Origin: Perna viridis
Lineage: Eukaryota
Length of the DNA stretch: 64,000 bases
NCBI GenBank assembly: GCA_037379345.1
Contig: CM074523.1
Span: 32,565,678 to 32,629,677 of the forward strand
Reading direction: 5' to 3'
Below the pieces are notes generated by a model. That model made no database searches. It was not told the DNA's origin and worked only from the letters and a program-made list of their open reading frames with translations. The position numbers and the translations under genes were made by a program. Below, one piece after another: positions 1-12,500 of this stretch. Position 1 is the first letter of the stretch. Each line of letters starts with the position of its first letter.

Positions 1-261
1 AATTTTGGATTGGGGATGGGCTGAAAGGTGAATGCGGATAGGAGTGGGGATTTTGAATGGGAAAAATCATTTTAAATGTAACTTCTCATTTTCAAAATTA
101 TATTTCAGTTCATTAAAATATATAATTTAAATGTTTTTAGATTTTTAGATAATACATTTTCAGTTGATAATGTAAAGGTTTAATATAATAATTAAAAATG
201 CTTTGGTAATGATGTATAGTATATAGAGTACTGGTAATTATCAACTTCCATTTCTTTCTAG

Positions 262-501
262 GTGATGTCTGTCCCATGGGTCAATACTGTCTGGAAGGGA
301 GCACTAATGGTACCTATTGTCCTCCCGGAACTTACCTCAATACAACAGCGAGCACCGTCCTGTCCGACTGTCACACATGTCTACAAGGAATGTATTGTGC
401 TGGGTATGGGAACCCTGCAGCATCTGGACCATGTAGCACCGGGTTCTACTGTCCCACTGGAATGAATGTATCAACACCTGGAGAGTACACTTGTCCTCAA
501 G
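262..501 (+). CDS. exon w1
   Basis: AG/GT, phase 1-1; GDVCPMGQYC..YTCPQ. Confidence 0.9.
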
Positions 502-3500
502 GTGAGGTGTTCAGTTGAAACCTAGCCACATCATACCAAACTTAAAACTGAAAGTTGATGTTTTTTTCCTGAACATGCTGTACATGAAAACTCTCCCCCT
601 TTTATTGGGAAATTTTGTTAATTTCTTGCAATATGTAGGTAAAAATAACCAATAGTAACTTGGAATCTCCCACTTTAAAATCTCATGATCCAAAGTTACA
701 AGGTATGTTGATTATAGATAGGTTTCACTGTTTATAGATTAATCAAAATTGTTACAAATGACAAAGACATTTTATATACATAATGCCATTACAGGTCATC
801 ATTGTCCCTCTGGAAGCCATGAGCCAATCAGATGTGATTCAGGAACATACCAAGATGAGACAGAACAGGGAAGCTGTAAGATGTGTCCTGCTGGTTACTT
901 CTGTGACAACACCAAGGCTCCAGTAGTACTGTACAATAGCTCTGTTTGTGCTCTAGGTTAGTATGATTTCAGAAAACATGCATTTTATTGTGGCATTATA
1001 TATTTCCAAATTGGTCCTACATACATCTTTTATGTGTTTAAAATCCTAAGATATATGTTGCAATTTTTCCTATGCAAATGATGCTGAAATCAACAAAAAC
1101 AGAAAAAAACTGTCTAAACAAGATTAAGAATAACCTAGAAAGAGTTGTACTTAAGGTTTGACAGAAATTTCATTCATTTCTCAACTATTATTTCATTTCT
1201 TTTGACAGGATATTACTGCCCTGATGGTACAAAGTATGACAATGAGTTCCCCTGCCCCAATGGGACGTATAGTAATGCCACAGGTCTACAGTTGGAGTCT
1301 GACTGTCTTTTATGTCCAGGAGGGTATTACTGTGATCAAACGGCCCAGACTGATTACACCAAAGTGTGTGCAGCAGGGTAAGCTTTAAAGAGTTCAAAGG
1401 ACATGTAGTCGAAATGTGCAAGGCTACTTACCTTGTGGTAGGGCTCCTTGACCTTAAATTTGTGTAGCTTTTTGCTCTCTTCAGTAAGTTAGAAGCCATG
1501 ATAGCTCTTGAAATTCCTTAACCCAGTTAAGTAAATGTTTGCTATGTGACTATTTATTACCTGATTTGTCCAAGTGAGAATTATGACATCCTATCGTCCC
1601 GATGTTGCCATGGAAGAATTTGTCTCTACAAATTTGATAAACATAAAAGTACTTTTATATGTGGGAACTAGTTTTCATGGTTTAGGGAAAAGATATCAGT
1701 TCATTGATTCTTAAATTTGTGGATTTGATAACTCTATTGTACAAACAAATGAAAAATTTCCTTTTCATGGTTTACCAGACCCACAAAAACCACAAAAATT
1801 GGACCCCAGGAATGATAATACTTTCACAGTACATTTTTTAGACATGATAAATTGTTCTCATTTTCATTCCTGCCACACATTTACTGCAAGTTTTGGAAAC
1901 TGGATATTTTGTCTTGTTAATGTTAAAAATACTGAGGGCTCTATGGAGATTTTATTTGCTTTCAGATATTTCTGTAAACAAGGTGCTATAACAGGAACAC
2001 CAAACCAAGGACCTGATGCCGATGAATGTCCCGCAGGTCATTACTGCCCCATACAAACAGCTGAACCAATCAAATGTCCCCAGGGAACTTACTCAAATGC
2101 CACCAAACTAAAAGCTGAGAGTGAATGCTCAAACTGTACTGCAGGTAATAAAGTACAAGTCTTTGTAAAAATCAGGCTATATAGGAACAATCTGAAACAT
2201 GTGTCAAGTTTTAACCAACTGACTGTATAATTTCACTTAAAGAAGTCTTCTATATTTAAAATAACCACTATTTGATCTCTGTATCACTAATATTACAATA
2301 TTAGATGTTTGAGTTTTTGAGTTATCTTCCTTATATTAAAATGTTCAGTTGTTTGTACCGTATTCTTCTGTGTATACCGCACACTTTTTTTCAACTTTTT
2401 CTTTGCTCCAGAAGAGGGATGCGCGGTATACACCATAACAATGAGTTTCTAGATTTTTTTTTTGGAGACGCAATTTTCGGGAATCAGAACCAGTCGTCAA
2501 CTAAAGACAACATCGAGCCATTGTATTTTTGAGAACAGTTTTATGTGAAATAAACAAATAAAGGTTTACTGCTATTTAATAGTTGTTTTATCCAACAATG
2601 CTGTTTCCTTGCATTTCATAGTTTGTACGAAAAACCATGAATAGCTTCTTATTGCTCTCTCAAATCAAGTTATCTAATTATAACTTCTTCACCTGTGTGC
2701 GGTGGAGCCTTAAATACACAATACCGGGAGTGCCAACCTGTCCTCGTGGCCATTGTCATTTAATTATCAAATAACAAAGGAGCAATTTAAAAGGTGAAAA
2801 AATTATTACTAATCCTTTAATCCGCTTGATGAACTGTTTCCAGATGTCATATATCAATACACAACTTGGCAAATTAAAACATCTTTTTATAAACGGCCAG
2901 ACTTGACGCCGTTGTTTTAGTGAATTACCTGATTTGTATTCGAACTGGAAATGTAAACATTTCAGCCGACTGAGATCCAATACATCACTATTTATAAACT
3001 ATTTGAATTAATAAATGGCTTGCAAATGCAGGGAAACACAAAAAATACTTCTATTTAAAAGATTAATGATGAAAAGATATGCATTTCGGGGAATTTACCG
3101 GAATCCTTTCATCTCAAAATGGTCTTCTGATGGTGATTTTTCCTCACTTCCCATTGCACGTTTTACACAGAAACTAACTTTTTTCGCCAATCTCCCTTGC
3201 CACGAAGGGGGTGCGCGGAATACACAGATGCGTGTAATACATGGAAGAATACGATATTTCAATGAAATTCATAACTAATTTTACCAAGTGATTTAGATAA
3301 TCTTGTCTTTTTTCTTGATTCTGATGGTACAAATACTCAAATAGTACTGTCAAAGATGTGGGATATTTCAAACCATATTTCATCCACTGCCTGACTCTTA
3401 CAAAGTCTTGACACTTAAGTATTTTTAAGTATTTTCTTTTTTAAATTATTGAATATGACAGGTGAAAATGATTTACAATAAGAGGGTGGATAAGAACATT

Positions 3501-6500
3501 TCAATTATGCAATTCTTTCATATCTCATGTTGCAGTACTTAAAACTGAATAACTTTACACACTTTTTTCATATGTAAATCAAAGATGTGCTCAATGTACA
3601 TGAAGTACTGTTAATTTAATTTTATAATTCAATATAAAAAAACTATTCTTTTGATGTGTCAGGTTATTTCTGTGAACGACTGGCTCTGCTTGAACCAGAA
3701 GGACTTTGTCAGGCTAAATACTACTGTCCAGAGGGTGCCACCAGAGCCACATTCCTGGATTGTCCAATGGGAGCGTACTGTCCAGCAGGAAGTGCCATGC
3801 CCACACTTTGTCCAAATGGTACTTACTCTAATGTGACAAATTTGGAGGCCAAGTCCGAGTGTACTATCTGTCCCGGAGGATATTACTGTGAGACAGAGGG
3901 TCTGGAGAATCCTACTGGACTGTGTAAAGAAGGTAGGTGAAATAGAGGCTAAAGGTCATTTGTATCTGTATTCAAAATCCAACAAAATTGTATCATCATT
4001 TACACATTAAGTCAAGACAATTGTCTAAGTACTTGTTTACTCTTAGCTACATATAACTGAAGGTAACTTTTTTCTTATGCTGTAAATTTTTTTGTAAAAT
4101 TGTTTGCATAATTTGCTTTGCTCTCGATTAACTGTTTTTGGAAGTCTGAAATATGAGAAGAAAGTATTTAATCTTCGCAATCCTAGTTTGCTCAGTTACT
4201 TTTGTTTCTTCATATGTATTACTTTGGTTATTTCCTGTTATTTAGTGTGTGTGTCTGTTTTCCCTGTCTTTACCCTTGGGTTGCATTCTTTTGATTTCAA
4301 CTAGAATCTTGATTGACCCTTGGTTACTTTTTGATTACTTTATGTTAAACATTAATCATGGAAGAGAGGTGAAATTAGTGAATTTACCTGCAAAACCTAG
4401 ATACATATAGGTACAATGTTTTTTTTTTTGTTTTTCTATAGGTTATTACTGCCCTGATGGGACAGTCAACAGAGAACCACCTGCAACTTTCTGTCCTATC
4501 GGCCATTATTGTCCAGAGGGAGTAGCTGCTGCCATACCATGCAGAAACAATACAGAGGTGAGTTATCTCCCCTCTCTACCACTCTCTCCCAGTTTCTTAC
4601 AAAGTCCTAGAGTAAGACTAAGAAATGATTGAGTAGATGCTTCTTTACCATCCAGTAACAATGAAAAGGGGGTTTCTTTCTTATCTTTTACGCTCTTTCG
4701 CCATTTTCACTTTGGGATGAGCTAAATGGTTATTGTCTTAGGTTCAGAAATCTACTATATTTAAGTCAGCCACATTTTGCATTGTATAGATATCTTCGTA
4801 TATCATTGCAGTATTGTCTGTTCCTTTTTTATTTTTATTTCAAATTTTTTAGAACAATCACACCCATGCAGTTGAATGCTATCCTTGCCCAGCAGGATTT
4901 TACTGTGCAATCTCTGGTCAAAGTGAGATTTGCCCTATGGGTTACTATTGCCCAGCAGGAACTGGGTTGGACTGGAAAGCTTGCCCAAGAGGAACCTACA
5001 GTGATGTCACTGGACTTTATGTTGAAAGCCAATGTAAACCTTGCCCTGCTGGCAAGTTCTGTGATGGGGAACATCTCACAACATGGTCTGGTAAGAAATG
5101 TTGTTTGGACCTTCTCAAAATATAATTTAGACATATAATAAGTAAAGTCATATGATATGTAAGCTGTTCAATTAAAACTTCTTTTAAGCATGATTTCAAT
5201 AATATAATAATGTGTTGGTGATGGTTTTGGTATACAAGCATCCATTCTGTACATGGAAATATCTAATTTCAATACCATATTTACATGAGGTCACTTGCCA
5301 TTTATTGCAGAGAACTTATCAAGTTTCTCATGTTTTCATTCTGACTTCATATTATAAGTAGACAACTACAGCTTGTACCATGTATATATTTTTTGATTAA
5401 GTGGTATTCAAATTTTCTTTACATTTTCAGGTAAATGTGCTGCTGGTCATTGGTGTATGCAGGGTATAGACAGAGAGTATCCAAATGGGCTGAACCAGAC
5501 AAGTCCTCTAAACAATACCTGTTATGACGACAGAGAGCTCGGTTATGGTGGACTGTGTTTCCGTGGCCATTATTGTACAGTTGGTTCATCATATCCTACA
5601 GTGTGTGAGAACGGGACATATGCCAACGTCGAAGGTCTAGAGTCATGTGATCAATGTCCACAAGGTATGGTCTAACATATAGTAAGGAATATATTGGATT
5701 ATATACATAAGATAGGTTTGCATTTTAGTTAAACTCTTGTGAAAAAACGCATTAACAATATTATTGTTATAAGTGGGGGGGGGGGGGGTTGGGGCAACAG
5801 TTTTCCATATAAACAACTCAATAAAACTTAATTCCCTAGGAAAAGCTCTGAAAATCAACAATTGTTTAATTGTCTTGCAGTGTCATTCATAAATGTAGAG
5901 TTTGTTTATAATAAATATGTATATACCCGTTTCTGTATGTCATGGTTTTTTAATTACTACATGGAAAATCACAATAAGGGCACATGGATTTTGATGAAAT
6001 TCAACATGATGTTTCCAAATTGTCTGTTTGCACAACTGAAAAAAAGTTCTTACCAGTCGCATTGAAGTGTAAACCATGCTTGCCTATTAGAGGTCAAACA
6101 AGGACAATATTTAACAACTTCTTCTTGGATATTGACAACAGCCTTTATTGTAGGTACCATACATGATTGTGAATATCAACCAAGTGATGAACATTCTTTT
6201 TCTATTTTGTTTACTTGCAGTACTAATTTTTGAAATTTCATTCAATCCTGACAGACATATTCAAATTCATTTTCAAAAACTTTCAGGTTACTACTGTCCA
6301 CAAGGAACAGCTAACTACACTGATTTCCCTTGCCCAACTGGTTACTATTGCCAAGCAAGTACACAGAACTGGAACCAGTATCCATGTACAGCAGGAACAT
6401 TTAACAACCTGACCATGAGGACATCTAGTATTGACTGTATCAGTTGTACAGGTAAGGGAGAATAACTCTTTGATTGATGTTGTAATTTTTTAAACAATTT

Positions 6501-9500
6501 CTGCCGAGCTAAGATGTTTTTCATTTCCAGGGAAAAACTATAATTACAAACTTAAATTCTTCATTATGCTTGTACATACAAACAAACAAACATTCATCTC
6601 TATAAGTAGGTGTATGAAAAAAAATGTTTTTGAACTTATGAGGTAATCCTTCACCTTCAGAGGTTGTAAATAGTTACTTGTGCCTCTCTTTTTTCTTAGG
6701 TGACCAGAACTGAACCAAGCCACAAAACTTTAAAATCAATGAAATATTTATCTTATATTTTAGGTGGCTACTACTGTGATATCAATGGACTCTCAGAACC
6801 AACTGGTCCATGTGCACCAGGCTACTACTGTGATGGTGGCTCCACTACAGCAATGCCATCTGGTGTTGGTGGAAATCAGTGTACCACAGGAAGTTACTGT
6901 CCTGAGGCCTCAGCTAATCCAACACCTTGTGACCCTGGATATTATTGTGCTAACAATCTGTTGAATGAAACTTCAGGAAAATGTTCACCTGGTTACTATT
7001 GTACAAGTATGGCTACTGTAGCTAATCCCACAGATGGAACAACAGGTACCAGTCACTCATTACTTTTAACATATTATTTTGAAGTTGGATTATGTGCTTT
7101 GCTATATTCTAATACAACAGTACATGAAACATTTTAATGTTATATCTTTTGACTTCTTTATATTCTGCCAAATGAAGGTACCGTCGAACCTTGATATGTC
7201 AAACTCGAAAGAGTTGAAATCTTGGATAACTCGAACTAATTGACTAAAAAAATAATTGTGAATTATTTTAAGGTAACCTTGTTATTTTTGTAGGCAATAT
7301 TTGTCCTGAGGGTGCTTATTGTCCTGAGGGAAGTCCCTCCCCAACACTCTGTCAAGCTGGTTACTACCTCAACAGCACAGGAAATGATGATGTCAGTGAC
7401 TGTATTCTCTGTACTCCTGGAAGTTACTGTGACGGCAGCGGAAACAGTCAACCCGATGGGCTATGTAGTGCAGGGTGGTATTGCCCAGGTGGACAAGATA
7501 CAAATATGCCCACTGGATTTAATTGCACTTTAGGTCACTATTGCCCAGAGGGAAGTTCAGCACCTCTACGCTGTGCCTCTGGAACTTACCAAGATGAGTT
7601 AGGACAGTCAGACTGTAAGGGTTGTCCAGCAGGATATTATTGTGATAATGTAATGGATCCTGTTATACTATATAATGACTCATATTGCCCAAAAGGGTAC
7701 TATTGCCCAGAGAACACAACAATGTCATCTCAATACCCTTGTCCTGCAGGAACATTCAACAATGTTACCCATCAGATCAGTGAATCAGATTGCCAGCAAT
7801 GCTCTGGTGGGCAATACTGTGACCAGCCAGGACTAAGTGAACCTGTTGGAGCATGCATGCCTGGCTATTTCTGTGACTTTGGAGCCAACAGTTCCACTCC
7901 CTCTCAACCACCTAATGCAGATATTTGCCCAGAAGGATTTTATTGCCCGTCAGGCACAGTTACATCCCAGTCCTGCCCACCAGGCACATTTAACCCAACC
8001 ACCGGACGACAGAGTGTGGATGAGTGTACCAACTGTACATCAGGGTTCTATTGTCCCAACTACAATCAGACTGTTGCTACAGATCTCTGTCAAGCTGGTA
8101 CGTAAATTGAAGTGTCACAATAACTTTTTATTTAATCATAAGAAAAATGCAATTTTATTTGCCGGTTATTTTAGATTTCTGTATCACAATTCTGATGTTA
8201 TTTTTTTTTCACAAATAAAAATATCGTTGCATTTAATTTGTATTGAATATATCACAGATTTTAAAAGTTTAAGAAAAATAAAAAAAGAAATTAAAAAAAA
8301 TGTTGGTATTATTTGGGTTTTAATTAGTGAAAATGTTCTTTTCCAGGATACTACTGTCCAAGCAAAGCTGATATAGCTGCATTCATTGTATGCCCAGCTG
8401 GGTCCTACTGCCCAGCAGGAAGTGGTTCACCCAACCTGTGTCCAGCAGGAACATTTTCTAACCAGACAGAATTGACAGCTGAAGCACAGTGTGCAAACTG
8501 CACTGGTGGAAACTACTGTCCTAATCCAGGTCAATATCTCTCTTACTTGTACTCTTAGGCCATAGTTTTTATTTTTATTTTTTTTTAACCCTTTCACCCT
8601 AAATTCTGACAAACTGGAAAAAATAAAATTGATATTGTTGAATTTATTTTATTTTTTCATGCAGAAAAAATAAAATTTTTGATAAAGAAAATTACTCCAT
8701 AAAAGAATCTGAATTTTGATATTTTTGATATAGTAATTTGTTGCACATTGTTTTTCAAATTCAAATCTTTTCAAGTTAAAATATCTACAACTGTCACGTA
8801 TCTAGTGAAATAAGAAAAATACATACTTTTGATCTTTGCAAGCTATGTTATGAAGAAGAAAAAACTGCAGTTGGATATTTTTTTCCCTCCTGCCCCAAGG
8901 TTTCATCAAAAAGTTTTGTTAAACTTAAAATATAATAACTATAGCCTTATGTTCATAAAGTTATCTCCCTTAACACATTACATAATCTGTGCTCATTATA
9001 GGTTTTTTACAGTCTCTATATCCCACCACTGCTACCAAAATATTATTGTTTTAGCAAAGTCTTTCTGATTACAGGAATGACAGATACAGGATATCCATGT
9101 TGGGGAGGATATTACTGTCCAACAGGGATTTCAGAACCAAATCCAGTAGGATATATCTGCCCACAAGGCATGCATTGCCCAAATGGTAGTGAAATTTACA
9201 AGGTGATTTAAATTGTGACTTATTTGTGCTTTAGAATTACAATACATGTACTTTACAATGACTCATATTGCCCAGAAATTTACAAAAAATAGTTTTTAAG
9301 TATGGAAACAGGCATGAACGAAGAAAATCTATTTTAAAAATTCAAACCAAATTAGCAAGCCCTTTTTCAGAACACATGTTTTTTTCTCTCTAACACTGTA
9401 AGATTGAAAAGAAAATTTACCAGTAGCTTTCAAGCCAATCTTTAGTTTGTCTGTTTTCTTTGTAAACTCAGTAGGCTTTAACTTCCAATTAAAACTTTAA

Positions 9501-12500
9501 TAAAATATTTCATGGATCCATTAAATTTTAGCAATGTACTGATGGAACCTACACTAGTACAGCAGGAGCCAGCAGCTGTGATGTCTGTCCTCAGGGATTC
9601 TACTGTCTACCAGTAATCCTTGCTAACTCAACTGACAACAAGAAAGACTGCCCTGCAGGGTATTATTGTCCACAAGGTAAGAGTTGTCTCCTTTTAAATG
9701 ATGTTTTTTTTTTTTATCAACCATTATATTGAAAACAAGAGGATGCAGTTGTCCTCAAGAAAAGCTTTAGCAGACACTTAATATGTATACATCTCCTGGC
9801 CGTACACATTACTTTAAGGATCTATAATTACCTTCTTGAATAGCAATTTCAAATTTTCATATTTTGCTGTATAACCTGCAGATTTAGTAAGTGCAACCTT
9901 TTAATGTTAGAAGTAATATTTGAAAATAATTTTAACAATGCTTTTTTATAAAAATCTGCAAGTGGGGATTTCTTTATGGTGCTTAATTTTTTTGCCTTAC
10001 ATATCTTTAGTTAGTTCATTTTTTAGTCCATATTTAAATTATAATTTTTTAATTTCATTTTGTACTTTTTAAGACCAATTGTATTATTTCATTACTTGAG
10101 AACCATATATAGTTTTTGTTTATTGGGCTTAATTAATCCAACAGGAACAGGGAGTGACTGGATGCCCTGTCCAGCTGGATCTTACTCCAATACTCTGAAC
10201 TTATATGAAGAGAGCCAGTGTTTAGCTTGTCCTGCTGGGAAATTCTGCCAAGGAACACACCTGACAACAGATAGTGGAGAATGTACTGCAGGTAAACTAA
10301 ATAACTGATTGTTAACAGAGATTTCTTCAAGTCATTTACTGCAAATTTAGATAAATTAAATTAAATACCAATATTTAAAAATACAGTGGAGCCTCTGTAA
10401 ACCGGCTGCCCATGGGACCAAAGAAATCGGCTGGTTTTCAGAGGTGCCGGTTTTCGGAGGTTCCGGAAATTTTCGTATCCGTTCCGTATATGGATACCGG
10501 AAGTACAATGTTATTGATCTTGTGATCGATCCGATCCTATTGATGATTATCTGATTGCACTGTTTGTATGTTTCTACACACATTCTTTGATAGGTATTTG
10601 TGTATGTTTGTGTTCAAATCAAGAATAAACGTAAAAGTTGTATTGTTGTTTTTAATTAAAGAGTAATCGTACTGTTCAGTATTTTTATATTGTTGACAGT
10701 TTAGTGATGCGTGGCGTAGTTTATTGACATTGTCTTTGATCTGTGTAAAGTTTTTAAGGTAAACTAGTCACCGATGCCTTTGTTGACTAAAAATACTAAA
10801 AGATGAAGATGTGACTGAGAAACTAAAGAAACAAATCAAAAGTGAAATAAAAATGTCTCTAAACCAAAAACCCGACTAAATACCAAGGTATCATGACAAT
10901 GAATCCATATAGACAGTATTTTACCCTTCTCTTTCTTATTGTTGCAGACAACAGGGTCAGTCTGAGTTCAAGATATAGATAAAGAATACTATGTCCCTTG
11001 TACATTTACTTCATATATACGTTCACTTTTCAATTGCACTCCATAAAAAAAAACCTATACATGTACAATCATATTTATTCAGTGACATTTAATAACATAG
11101 ATAAAGATTCTCATAAATAAAGCACTAATAAAATTGAAAACAAGTTTTACAGTTAATTGTACATTTAATCATCAGTCTAACAAATTACACTTTAAAAAAG
11201 TCTACAACTGATACCTGTTTCTTTTTCAAACACCTTTGAAGAATTGCGGTTTCACTTTTAGAGTTGAGTTCTTGCGCAACACTGAGAAAATTGTCGTCTT
11301 TTACAGTTGCAAATTTCATTAAACGTTTACTGAATGCTGTTATCTCATCTAATGTCAATTTGGGTTCAGATGTATCAATTTCTGCTGAATCATCTTCGGA
11401 CTCGCTTGCATTATCATTTGTTGCTACGGATGAATGTGTTTCCACAAGATTCTTTTCCCACTCGTCACTGTCATCTTCAATCGGAATGTTCTGATCAAAT
11501 TCGATTAAGGTTTCACGGTCAACGAGCGCAACTGAACTTATCTTGGCGAGCTGATTAAGAGGAATATCGTCGTCTTCGTCGTTGGAGTCGCTTTCATTTG
11601 ATTTAACGTCGGTTGTGACGGGAAAACCAGATGACATGAGGCACTTAGAAATTGTATCTACACGGGTTTCTTTCCACGATTTGTTGATCCAATGCACGGC
11701 ATCTAAAACATTTATTTCTTTGCAAAGTTCAGAAACGGATTCAACTTGGTCTATCTTAGCGACTAAACTTTTCATCATACGGTTACGGTACCGAGCTTTG
11801 AAAGCCTTGATAATGCCTTGATCTAGCGATTGTAGGTGCGAAGTCGTATTTGCTGGTAAAAATTTCAAAGTTACGTTGTTTAATTTCAAATCTTTAGCAT
11901 AAGATGAGGCGTTGTCTGAAAACATGAGAACGTTCTTTAGAATTTTTTACACCTTTGGAAGATTGCCCTTTGGCTGAAAGTGTCTTGTCTGGTAACGCAC
12001 GATAGTATAGACCAGTTTCGTCACAATTAAAAATGTTACAAGGTTCAAAATCTGAGCAAATTTCTGGAATACGCGAGCGATATTCATCAACAGTTTCTAC
12101 ATTTACACCGGCACTTTCTCCACTAACGGTAAACGCTTTAATAGCATGGCGACTCTTAAATTTTTCTAACCACCCGTTTGAGGCTTTGAAATCGGAAATG
12201 TCTAACTGACTGGCAAATTCTAAGGCTTTGCTTTGCAAAATAGGCCCGGAAATCGGAATAGCCTTGTCTCGAGCTTGACGGAACCAGTCCCACATCAGAT
12301 CGTTCAAATTGTCATGTTTACTTTTGTTACCAAATCTAAATTTCTTCAAATTGTCATTGTTATCATAATTTGCAAGATATTCTGATTTTCTCTTTAAAAT
12401 ATCGGAAACGGTCGTTTTTCCTACACCGAATTTTTCACTTAACGATTTCTGAGATGGTTTTGGAAAACTTTCAGATTCTTTGATTAAATTAATTTTGTCT

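Noticed and set aside
1-261. Promoter or first exon at the window start
   Set aside because: Exon w1 begins at a phase-1 acceptor in mid-repeat with no signal peptide, so this stretch is intron.
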